Source of the DNA: Auanema rhodensis
Lineage: Eukaryota; Animalia; Nematoda
NCBI GenBank assembly: GCA_964057225.1
Contig: OZ059898.1
Location: forward strand, 7,440,001 to 7,504,000
Direction: 5' to 3'
Length of the DNA stretch: 64,000 nt
Position 1 is the stretch's first letter; each line of letters begins with the position of its first letter. Positions 1 through 15,800 of the stretch are shown here, in pieces. Made by a program: the position numbers and the translations under genes. The notes under the pieces are model-generated. The model made no database searches and was not told the origin of the DNA. It saw only the letters and a program-made list of their open reading frames with translations.

Positions 1-3000
1 TATTCACATTCATAAACATTTTGACAAGCAACCTTAAACAATTATAAATAACATTTTGATTAAGTTGAAGTTGAAACATACCCGAACTTCATCCAATGTA
101 AATACTAAACTGGCATTAAACTGGAGACGATATGGATCAAACACAGGATTATACTTTCGATCATCTCCAAACTGTAGTGGATTATAAATTGGTTTGATAT
201 CATCTTGGAATAAAAGCTTATGTCTTGTACCATCAACTCTCCCTAAAATGAAAATATTGATTAGTTCTTATATTAAAATATTGAAAAACATACATCGTTG
301 ACCATACTTATAAGCATTTATATTATCTTGTTCAGTTGGTGGATGACTAACTATTGTTATATGTCCATCTGGAGACATTAAATCATCTAAATGATTTTCA
401 TTGAATGTTCCAAGTAATCCAACAGTAACAAATCGTTGTCCTCCTATAGTTATATACATAAATTTAATATAATTATAATAAGTTTAATATAATACCTCCA
501 ACATATTGAAGTGTTGATGGTTGTGTCACTTTATTAATAAATTCTTGTTGAATATTAGCTGTACGACGTCCGAATTCATCTAATCCTGTACCAAAGTAAT
601 CAGCTCCTCGGAAATTCTGTTTAATATTTTGAAATGATAAATAATAAAATAATATTCATACAGCAAATGTTTCATTAAAATCTGGAGGAAGCAATGTCAT
701 GACTGATAGAACACCATGAGCTTCAGCTACACGAACACCAGCTCCAGAATCAAACATAACAAGAATTTCAGATTGGTTATGATTACGTTCTGGTGAACGT
801 AATGTAACACCTTAAATGAAAATAAAATTAAAAATATTATAAAGAAATGTGATAATAACCTCGGAATCTTTGCATTTTCAATTCAGGAGTATCAAAATAA
901 ACTTTGTGACCATTGACAACAATATCCATACGATAACGCCATCTTAAACATCGTATTTACTAGCTTAGAGATTCAAGTTTTAAGTTTAATTAAGTTTTGA
1001 ATACAGCTTAAGTATGAATTGAAATAATTTTTGAAATACCTTCTAAACTCTTTTCGAGCGAACAATTGAACAATGTCTGATTGATTTTCTCTTGCAGCAA
1101 CTCCAGTGATAACAGATGCATGAACTTCTTGATTCCCTAAAGAAATTGAATATTCAATAATATAATAAAAATAAAATAATCTTACAATCTGTCTTTGGAG
1201 GTTGTTCCATTCTAATTTGAACTTGAAGATCATGTCTTGGATCTTTACTCATTGTTAATACATAATATCCTTTTCCTTGGAATGTATACCGAGTTCCATC
1301 ATAAGTAACAAAATGTGGATCACCGTAAGCAATTCCTTTAAATTTTTTGTTTTTTTTTCTTTCAAATCATTATTAATCTTACCAGCAACTGGTGGAATAT
1401 ATTCTTGACAACCAGATGTTTGACGTCGCCAAAAGTAGAATTCACATGCACCAGCCCATTTACAGCATTTCTCATATGCCATTGTATCTGTATGAAAATT
1501 GGACAAAGATGGTACATATGGTGGACGTTTAAATGGAAATGAGCCCATAGGATGTGCACTATAAAATATTTGTTATCATATAATCAGATTTATAGTTAAA
1601 TAGAACTAACCGTTGAGCTGTACCCGGACTGAAGAAACGTAAATGTGCAGCATTTTCATAATCATCCGAATGCATTAACCATCCTTCAAAATCATAACAA
1701 CATGTCTGACCAGCACCTGTCCATCTACAATTTAAGTTTAAACGTTTGAAAAGTATAAGGTTATAGGTTTAAACATACGTTGCAGCAACACTCATAACAC
1801 AATGCTGAGCTCCTTTATTATATTCACATGATGCATCACCGTCAATATCACAACCAAACAATGGCATATATCTTCCTATAAAACTTATTGTTTTATTAAA
1901 AATATGTATCAATATACATATAATAAGTTCAATTATACAATATTCTTAAATGGATGTACCTAAATCTAACATAGCTTGGTCCATTGTGCATGGACATGGA
2001 ACAAATGGCTCCAAATCCATTGCAAAGTTAACACGTTTACCATCATAATCAAACCAATCCTATATTTTCAATATAAGACATGATTGAAAATCTATATTGA
2101 ATACCTGGCATAGCTCCAATGCCCAATTCCGTCCTAATTCATATTCCCATACATCTCTGAAGTACCATCCGAACGGAGTTAATTTGCTCCAAAAGACACT
2201 TAACAATCAAAATTTTTGATGAATTAAACAAACAAACAATTGCTTACCCAGTAGTCTGATCAGCATCTGATATCGAAATCCTAACAACACCAAATGAGTA
2301 TTTTCGCCAAGAATCAAATAACATTGTAGTTCGTGCAAGAGTTCGAGGATCGAACTCGTAAAGACCATCATTAGATGTTCGTTCAGCTATAGTTCCAACC
2401 TGCAAAATGTTGTTAAAGTTGCAAGAATATGAATTTGAATAAAACTTCTTCAAATATATGATCATCAGTATCTTCCCAATAACCCATTAGTTTGATATCT
2501 ACCATAGCATTAATATCATTTGTCAAGTTATATGGAGCCCATTCTAATCGAAGACGTGTAGCATTGGCACTTCTCCAATTATTATGTGGTTCACGTGGAT
2601 TATCAATTAATTTGACATGAGGTGAAGCTAAGGATGGTTGTACTGAAAATAATTAAATATCAATTAATTATATGATATAATTAAAGTATATTTACATAAA
2701 TAAAACGTTCCAATATACGGATAACTTTGACCACCATCTCGGCTCATTTTCGTATTAACCAGTCCCGTCTTATACATTCGATTTACAGGCAAAACACATT
2801 GTGCACGATGCATATTCAGCTATAATAATATAAATTAATATAATTATAAATAATATATTTCATATTTGACTTACTCGTATACAGTCTACTTGATATTCAT
2901 CAAATATAACTTTTACTACATCACCACCACGTAAACAAGGACCCGATACATTCACATAAACTCCACCAATCATAGTAGCAGCTATTGGAGCCGTAGTCAT

Positions 3001-4654
3001 ATAACCTAATATATATCTTATATATATATATAGTTTATATAAATGTTGTATTACCTATACTTTCATTACTACATCCCCCTCGAATAATTTCTTCGTCAAC
3101 ACGGAATAGCCAACGACCAGGCACTCCAACATTTGAAAACTCTTCAACAATATGCTTAAGTTTTAAAAAGTTTTCATATGAATTCACCTCTCAACTTGAT
3201 TACACGACCTTCTCCGGAATATGGTAAAGCAGTCCAACCTGTTCCATTTCCTCCATTAAATCCAGCCTTTATAATATTTTTGTTAGAAACAAAAGAATGA
3301 TAATACTTACAATAGCACTTTGAAGACCTCCACGACCTTGTAAAGCTCCAGCAGTATTTGAAGATGTCCAATTAATATGAGCATAGTTAAACATTACATA
3401 ACTATATATAAATATATTCTGATTATCTTATTATGTTTCAATTATACCTTCTAATTTCATCTGTAGCTAATACAACTTGATATGTGTTCGTCCAACGTTT
3501 CGCTTCTTCATAACGGTTCACCTGAGTAATTTTCGGAGCTCCACCATAAGCCATTCGTTCCCAGGTCACTATTACAGCATAATCAGCACGAAAACCATTT
3601 GCTCCAATTATTCCTTCTCGAATTGCCATAGTTATGTTATCCAGCAGATGTGTATCTTCTACACGTCCCCACATCTTTAGAAAAAAATGATTTTTTTTAA
3701 TAAAAAAATAAAAATAAATTTGTTTTACCTTTTTCTCATATCGATCACGTGCAGTTTCAAACATGCTACCATATTCATCTTTGGGATTTATTAACGGACT
3801 ACCCCATTCATCAAATGTTTCAAAAGCTCGTGGACGAAATATTACTCTGAAATAAAATATTTGAAAGTTTCAACTTTAGTTTTAACATACCTATACCATA
3901 CATTAGATATTCCTCTTTCTCCAACAAATTGAAAGATTTGATCAGCATAGAATGCTGCAATGAAGGAAGCATCCTAAAACAATTATTTTCATATTCATTC
4001 TCATAAAAGTTTACGAACTCTCTGTTCGGGCCATCGAGGATTTGGAAATGTATATGGTGGTTGAATAAATTCTGGATCAGAAAAAGCAAGCATTCCATTT
4101 GGATAAATCTTAAAACAATTCGATTTTTATGCTATTTTTGTATAATAATTATTACCATAGTATAGTTAAAGCGGAATCCATAAAAGGGAAAATCAAAATC
4201 AAAATCTATTTGTCGGTCATGATGAGGCTTATTCAGTAGGTTAGCATCATTGTATAATGGTCCATATGGGAACAGATGCCACCAACCTGTATAATTTAGT
4301 ATTTTTTACTTATATTATATTATATATAAGTCTAAATATATAAAATCAAATCAATAATATACCTTCTTCTTCACGTAAATCCATATATTTTTCTCTTTGA
4401 TCTAACAAAGATGGATCAACATGGCCAGGATTTGGCATATAATTGAAAATTGGTTGTTTATTTCCAAATAAATCAATTGTAGACATTTCAGCATAAGTTT
4501 GTTGAGAATCAACAGTTTGTATAGTTGATAAAATCATAAAACACATGATCAAAAAGCTATGAACATCTGAAATGAAATGAATATTAAGGATGAAAGAAGT
4601 AATATTCATACCTTCAATATCATTTATTTTGATAGCTATAATGAATGGGAGCAT
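1..4654 (-). CDS. mesh: Mesh/SUSD2-like adhesion protein (signal peptide, NIDO, IPT/TIG, AMOP, VWD); multi-exon, 3' end beyond the left edge; resembles C. elegans K03H1.5
   Basis: Spliced exons give NIDO (LFPYGP...[13 protein letters not shown]; [10 protein letters not shown]; [13 protein letters not shown]), IPT ([11 protein letters not shown]), AMOP ([15 protein letters not shown]; GAGQTCCYD; [23 protein letters not shown]) and a VWD-like region (VGLLGTFN). More than 25 short GT-AG introns. Start codon uncertain (ATG 4654, or a later ATG in the hydrophobic segment [17 protein letters not shown]). Confidence 0.88.
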
Positions 4655-5042
4655 TATGCTCTCCAAATATTCTTCTTATATTAAAATTATATTTTTTTAT
4701 ATAATATAATAACAATTTAATAAAAATATTCTAAAATAAATATAATTAGAGATTCAAATCTTATACAGTATGCTAGTATACTGTAGAAAGTATACTGTAT
4801 TACAAGAATAACTTCTAAAAGAACAAATATTTATAAAAAGAATTATATAATATAATTTAATAAAATCAATATATATAGATCTATACCTATATATAAAAAA
4901 ATATGCAGAGATGGGTGTCAGGTATGACATCGACCGGGAGAAGCTTGAGGTTAATGCCTTATCTGGTGTGACCTATAGGCGTAGTCATGGGCACTAATCT
5001 CTTAATAATCCAAATTGGTAGCTATACCTCTCCTTAGTCTCC

Positions 5043-5049
5043 TTATATA
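5043..5049 (-). promoter_or_regulatory. Candidate TATA box upstream of the mesh-like gene
   Basis: TATATAA on the minus strand beside a GC-richer island (4907-5040), about 400 bp upstream of the putative ATG. Weak evidence in such AT-rich DNA. Confidence 0.3.
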
Positions 5050-5991
5050 GTCCTAAAGTGAATAGTAAACAGACGATTCAATTATATTATGTTGTTTATA
5101 CATATACATATAGTATGTATGTATATATTCATAAAACTTTTTGTATAATTAATATAGTTAAAAATACAAAAAAAAAGATTTTATCATCAAGTTTAAAATA
5201 CAAATTGTGTTAGTACAATTAAGGATATTATATACTACATCAGTACATCCAATTACAAATAGAATTATCTAAAATTCATAAAATATACTTTGTTTATAAA
5301 ATTCTTCTTCTGTGCGATAAAATAGGGACACCTGCAACTCAAAGGCCCCAGAACCCCACTTCAAGAAAAGAATTCGAAAAAAATAATTAAGGTTTTAGGT
5401 TCAAAAACATTCATCATTTTTTTTCTGAATTTTTTGTAGTTTGTTTCAAAAGTGGAATAGAGGATATTTGTTTTTAAAATTATAAAATTCTATAAAATCT
5501 TAGTATTTAAGTATAAATTCTTATAATGTAACAAATAAATAAAATAAAATATTTATATAAATATATTTGAATACAAAAAAAAAAACATTTTTTAAGATAT
5601 GGTATTACTAAGAAATATTTTTATAAAATATTCTTAGCTATACTATCACAATTCTATGTTATATAACAAACATATGAGAATGATGTTAGAAGAAATACCT
5701 AAAGCACAAAGACAAAAAAAAACTGAAAAATTAATTAAATAAACTATGATATACACATAGATTATATAATTAAATATAAAATATATATTTGACATGAATA
5801 TCGAAGATAGAAATCAAAAATATTTATGAGATATATTTCATATAAATGCTTTAAAAACAAAGCATATAAGATCATGAGGTTATCCCGTTCAATTTATGAT
5901 TATTATCATCGTTGTATTAAATATTATTATTATTATTAATTATAATAATATTTAAAATATTCTATAATTATAGAATATTATAAGAAAGAAA

Positions 5992-8807
<2,816 letters not shown>

Positions 8808-9648
8808 ACCCGTTTTAATCTAAATCAAATAATTATAATTATAATTATATATAGTATTATATAATAAAATTATTGAATTAAAATATTAAAAAAATTAAAT
8901 TAAAAAGAAATAAAAATGTGAAGTACAAATCAAAAAAACAATTTAATAAAAAATGAAAGAAAAAATATTTAAAAACTAAAAATAAATTTAAATTATAATA
9001 TTTATAAATATTATTTATATAGATATATGTATGTATACATACAGATATATGTAGATATTCACACAGATTCTGTTTTGATTATCATTACGATATATTTTTA
9101 TTTTTCAAATATTATACATATAGCTTTTTCAAAAAAAAAAAGAAAGAAAAATCAATGTGATTCTATAAGACTCTGCTTTGCTCATTTATGATATGAATGG
9201 TTAGCATTCATTTTATATTATAGGATTTCTATTGACTTTGATATATATATTATGCCAATATGAATAACTAGCCTGAATAATATTTAGAAAAAAAGTAAAA
9301 AAGGTGATATGATTAGCTATTTGTTGAACTAATTTTCACTATTCAAAGATTGAATCAATAGAAGGGCTGTTGAGAACTAGCACAATTCAAGAAAAAAAAA
9401 TAAGTTTGAGAGGTATAAAGGTGCCGATGCTGGACAGCGATGGTGGTGGGAGGGGGTAGGTTGAGGGGAAGCTTGCTCGAGGAAACCATGGAGACGCCGA
9501 AGGGCAGCACCAGTCTAGCCAGCAGGATCTCCTTCGTTTTCAACCAGGAGAGAGAAAGAAAGGAAGATGGTGAGAGACGAAGAAATAGAGAATCGGAATA
9601 TATATATATATATACATATATATAATAACTTTAAGAGAAGATTGAGAA

Positions 9649-9650
<2 letters not shown>

Positions 9651-9695
<45 letters not shown>
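9651..9695. repeat. (GA)n microsatellite
   Basis: Perfect dinucleotide run. Confidence 0.95.
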
Positions 9696-9699
<4 letters not shown>

Positions 9700-12597
9700 G
9701 GGGGAGATGGGGGAAACGTTTGTGAGCTTAGATAAGAAAAACGATGGAAACAAAGCTGAATTATAGCTGAACTGAGAACAAAATCGTTAAAAATTCTCAG
9801 ATGAGATCATTAAAAGACTAAAAAAATATTTTTGAAAAACAAGAAAAGAAAATTATTATTCATAGTAGATTTAAGGTGTAAAGAATAGTTAGTTAAGATA
9901 GTTCATAGATGATCCAAACAATTTTGGTTTAAGTTTTGTGATGTAATTGACATAACATAAATAGAAAAAACTGTTGTTTCTTTTGAACAAAAAAAGTTTA
10001 AAAAGTCATCTTCTTCATCTTCTCATGTTGTTAGACAACAGAGTCATTCACGTAAAAATTTGTTGAATGTGTGGAAAGTTGAAGACAATCTAGCCACTGA
10101 GAGTTAAAATAAATTTTTTGAATGTTTTTCTTTTTTCTAAGAAACATAAGAAGAAAAAGAATATATCTTATACTATTTCTTTTCTATTTTTTTCTTTATT
10201 TTAAGGTCTTTTATATTGACGAATATAAACATATATCTTTAAAGAATTATTAAATCATTAACTATATATTTATATATATTTAAAACTTTTAAAAATAAGT
10301 CTTGAAACGAAGTTATGAAGAGAATAATCCGAGATCACGATCATGATCTTACCTTTCTTGTGTTATTTTCAAGAAAATAGAGTAAAGTTGTTTTTCTGAT
10401 AAAATTATTGAAATTCTAAAGTTCGGGTAACTTCAACTAATAATATAAATGAAAAATATAATGATGTAATCTTCATATTTAAATATATTATTAACTATCA
10501 ATTGAAATATTTCAAAGAAAATATAATAATTAAATAGAAATTAGAAAAATAAAGTTTAGAAAAAATTATTGATCTATATCTTTTAATGAAAAAAAAAAGA
10601 TTTTTTAAATATATTTTACATAGATATATTGATTATTTCTATATTTTTCATAAAAAAGGACTGTCATCATAATCTTTTTTTCATTTTTCTTTATAAATTA
10701 AAATAAAAAAAGATATATTAATATAAGTAAATATGTTATAGAGAAATATAAAATTATATTGTAAAACTATCTAAATTGATTGAAAACATTCAAAAATAAA
10801 TAAAATTATTTTACATTTTTATTAACAAAACATGCTAGATGACTTTGCAAAACCATCATTTTATGAATTTTTATTATTTTTTTTCCACTTCACTACAGCA
10901 TATTAGATGATTATACATTAAAACTTTAATATGTAAAAACAATGAAAAACATTTCATTTAGTTATAAAAGTTCTTTTCAAAATAAAAACAAACAAATCTT
11001 TTGATGAAATTGAAATCTTACTTTTGCAAAAAATGGATGAATGGATGGATCTATATATACATACATATATAGTATATTATAAGGTAAATTATATATTAAC
11101 TTCAAATTAATAATGAAATAAAATTTATGTGTGTTTTTAAAAAAAAAAGTCAAAATGAATGAAGATTTTTCAGAATCTTAGTTTTCCGGAGCTTAGAAAC
11201 GACGGCAACTACCAGAATGGAAGAGAAAAAGAGAGAGAGAGAGACAAGGTAGTTGAACAATATACTGTTATATAAATGATTCATTTGAAAATCAATGAAC
11301 TTTTTTTGGCCTTTAAACTAAATATTTCTTATTTTTTAAAAAAAAAAAGTTCATTTAATATTAATATAAATAATATTAAATTTAAAAAAAAATCTAAAAT
11401 ATGATATAAACATCATAATAATCAATATAGTTAACTAAATATATTAACTATTTTGTATAGTTAATACACATACATAGAATAGTAGTATCAGTAAAATAAT
11501 TATTTTGAAAACAATTTATAGTATTATTATACTGATATATTCAGATAAACAAACAGTTTAAAAGATAAAATTATTTTTAAAAAAACTCAAGATTTAATAA
11601 AAATATTCTGTTTGAATAGTTAAATATATTTGTTCGAAGATACATACTTAAATTCAAATATTTCAAATATACATTTGTAGTTATATTATTTTTTATAAAA
11701 TTAATATTATTATATAAACTAATTATATAAAATAATTAATATATTTTATAAATATAAAGAGAAATAATTATAAGAAACGTGTTTCATTTTCTTTTGTCTT
11801 TTGAGAAAAAAAAAACTAGGAAGCAAGGATTTGCACATAATAATATTGTGGAAACGAAGCACCTTTTGATATTAAATAAACAAAAAAAAATGTGGTTTTC
11901 AAAATAAAGTATAAGTCTCATAACAAGTTTTACATAAAGTTGCAAAAAATCGATTCTGATCTTTTTCATTTTAGTGTTCCTCCTATTTCTATTACCTTTC
12001 CGTTCTACCGCTTTCTCGAACTCTTTTTTTTCTTTCTCTCTCTCTTACTTTTTCTTTTTTTTTTGCAAAATTCCTCTAGTATTTCCTTTTTCTCCTCTCA
12101 CCCTCTATTGCCATTTTATCTGCTCTCATTCTATAAATCAAGGAAAAATATAATAATTTGAATGGCCATGTAAGTTTATAAGTTAAGTTGTTCAGGTTTC
12201 ACCTGGAAGATACATCCTACATACAAGACATGTATTTCGAATGTATCTAACTATCTATAATATATAAACATGTTTGAAAAATATATTTTTTGATGAAAAA
12301 AATTTAAAAATAAAACTAAAATATTCAAAAATATATTTAAGTTACAAAGAAATAATTGAATGAAAAAGATTTTTGAGGTCATTGTATCTCACCTATTCAT
12401 ACCGTTATTACTATGATTACAATAAAGAATATAAAATATAATTTGAGATGTTAGAATAAAGAGTTAGATGAACATACATATGACTAACAATTGAATAAAC
12501 GGAACGTTGCCTGGGGGATAATGAGGTTAGATTCAGGTAATAAAAGGAATACAACTCTAGCAGGTTTGATGTTAAAGTCGTTGTTTTATGCTTGAAT

Positions 12598-12601
<4 letters not shown>

Positions 12602-12652
<51 letters not shown>
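12602..12652. repeat. (GA)n microsatellite
   Basis: Perfect dinucleotide run. Confidence 0.95.
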
Positions 12653-12657
<5 letters not shown>

Positions 12658-13597
12658 GATGGTTGGTTGATTGTCCGAGAATTTTCTATAAAGATCATGA
12701 AACTATGAGTATATGTCAGCTTGAAATTTGTTTTAAACAGCTTAGAAGCTTTTTATTATAAAAAGGAAAATATATAGAAAACGTGCTCACTTTCATTTTA
12801 TCTTGTAGTATAAGCTTGCAAGCCTGTTAGAAAATTTTATTTTTAAAATATTGTGGATAGGCTGAGAGAAATGAGAAAGCTTAACAACACCTATTTTATG
12901 ATTTTCACGGATTCTGCTTCAAAGGAGTCATATATGCACATGACGTCATGAGAACATTTGATAGAAAAAAAACTAAAAAAAACAGAATTATTAAGAAATA
13001 TTCTACAACTTAACTATATGATATATACATACATGAATACAGAGAGAGAGAGAGAAAGGTATAGAGAGATATATAGAATATGAGAGAAAACATTGGTTTT
13101 GTTCCAAATCTCAAATATAAAAATTATTAAAACAAAAAAAATTAAATGTTAATAGAAGATTCAATAAATTATTTTAATGAATATAGAAATTTTTAAATTA
13201 ATATTATAATAAAAATAAAATTTTGATTATTAAAATTCTCATACACATACTCTGGAATGACGTCAATATACATCAAGGGACGTGTGAAATAATCACAGAG
13301 AATGAAAGAAACAGAAGTGAAGTAAAAAGTTGGATTAAAACAAATATTTTATAGGAAAAGGGATGATAACAATCATTATTCTTCTGATTTTCATTCATTG
13401 ACTCAAACAAATTGTCTTGATTTTCAAAACTGTTTGATAGAATAAGAGGCAACAACGCTCCTGTATTGAACAGAAAATTTGGAATATTCTATATAACACA
13501 AGCTATTATTGACAATACTAGGTAACCGAAAAGGAGCATAGGATTGGAGAGAATATAAAAGAGACAGGAAGATAGATAGATAGAAAGAGAGAAAGGG

Positions 13598-13651
13598 AGA
13601 GAGAGAGAGAGAGAGAGAGAGTGAGAGAGAGAGAGAGAGAGAGAGTGAGAG
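13598..13651. repeat. (GA)n microsatellite, interrupted
   Basis: Dinucleotide run with two GT interruptions. Confidence 0.9.
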
Positions 13652-15340
13652 AAGCTCTATTCATCTGCTAGTTTCAATAAACCTTATGCACCTGCGCTTG
13701 TTATTATGACCCAAGCTTTCGTGAAGCTTCATATAAGAGCATCAGACTGAGTCGGAAATGTTAAAAACACTGTTTTCTTTTCACCCTTTACATAGACTAA
13801 TAAAGAGTTTTTCTTTTATTCTCTTATAATATCTTTTGATTGAATTCAATTCTTTAGTAATTATAAAACCTTTTATAGATACATAAGTAACTTGTTTTTT
13901 GTTATTTTTATTTTTAAAAAACAAAAACTAAGAAAAACACCAGAAAAACAAGAAAACATACATATTAGCATTTGACTATAAGGTTTATACATGTGTATGA
14001 AGTATATAAAACATAAAACCTGACCAATTCGCTAAAGTTTTAAGAGCATAAAGCATTATATGTCAAAGATTAATCAAATATATTGATCTTTATTATATTC
14101 ATTAAGAAGATTTTTTTGGAAAATGAGCAATCCAAATAGTTGAAAATGTAAAATATTTTATGAAAAAAAAGGAAGAAGAAGACATATTATACAGAAATTA
14201 TATTTAGTTATACTAAACTATATTTGAAAATTACATATTTCTGCTGAAAATAATTATGTTTCGAAGGTTTTTTTCCAGTTTTCAAAAAGTATAGTAATAT
14301 AATCTGTTAAATGTAAATAGTTAAAGTTTCTACATGAACAACACTATGTATCTCATATTTGGTGCTACTAAAGGTAATTGAATGCGTTTCAACTTAATCT
14401 GCGAACTTTAAATTATTATTTATGTTAACTTGAATAGATATATTATATTAAAAGTAATTTTATATATAATTTCATGTTTTTTTATTCTTGTAATATCATA
14501 ATCTATAGAATTCACAACCTTTTTTTTATATTTCCGATTGGATTCAAATTGAGCAGAAATGTGTAGTAAAAATTGAAAATAATGATGAAAACTGTTTTTT
14601 TATTTAAAAAAAACAAAGAAAGAAAAAAAAGTTTAGAAGATTAAAGTATAAAAGATATAAGTTTTTTTTTTGGAAGTAAAATAATAATATTAGATAGACT
14701 ATAATTAAAACATATTTGAAAAATCTAAAATTTCATTTTTCGAGAAAAAAAGAGAATGTAGGGGGTCGTTTCTGAAAATTCGTTAAATTTTCTGCTACTT
14801 GCGATTGATCTATGACAGCTTCATTCAAAGTGAGAAGAAACTATAAGAAAATGAAATTATAGAATTTCCATTTTAAATGTCCTCTCCCCCCCCCCCCTTC
14901 TTTTCTGTTTAAAATTTATATTTGAATTAAAATAAATAATTTATAATATATTGATTATATAATTGTTGTTTTAATGTAATTAGATCCTTTTTCCAATTTT
15001 TAAAATTCTTTCAGTTAGTATGATGTTGGATGAATTTACATGTTGAAACAGTCAACTCATTTCAAATAAGAGCAAGTACGGTTGTTCTCTAATTTCTTCC
15101 TTCTTTCTATATTTTCATTATAAATTAATTTTAACTATATATATATATATTTACATATATGTATATAATCTCTGTTATTAAAGTATTTAAAATAAGATAA
15201 TTTATATAAATCGGAGTGAGGTGACAAACTAATATGATATTAGCAGTCGGTTTCGCTAATTATTGGCTTTAAGGGGAATGAATATGCATCCGGAACACCT
15301 GTCTATTTGGAAATAAGGACAAAGAAATATAAGAGCATTG

Positions 15341-15341
<1 letters not shown>

Positions 15342-15402
<61 letters not shown>
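15342..15402. repeat. (GA)n microsatellite
   Basis: Dinucleotide run. Confidence 0.95.
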
Positions 15403-15405
<3 letters not shown>

Positions 15406-15800
15406 TGAGAGTAACCTATATACATATATACAGAGAGTGAAAGCTTTAAGCTAGCTTGTTAGGAAGCATGACAGGAGACGAGAAGAAGGAGAGTGGGGGA
15501 GGGGGACAGGAAAGGCTGTGAAATGGGTTATGTATAATATATTCATCGTGAAATTGTCTTATACGTCATTTTAATTATGTAAATTAAAATAAATATTGTT
15601 AACTAATATCATAAATTAATAAAATAAACTTTTATTTATATATAATATAATAGATTATCTTATACAATATATGCAGATACACAATATAAATAAATAAATT
15701 TATATCATTGTTAATCAAAAGAGATCTTTAACATGATTTTCTTATTTATAGATCTGTTTTTTTAAAAATTATATTTTTCTGATTTATTTAATTTATTTTT

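Noticed and set aside
5310-5400. Possible transposon terminal fragment
   Set aside because: No partner inverted repeat or target duplication found in the window.
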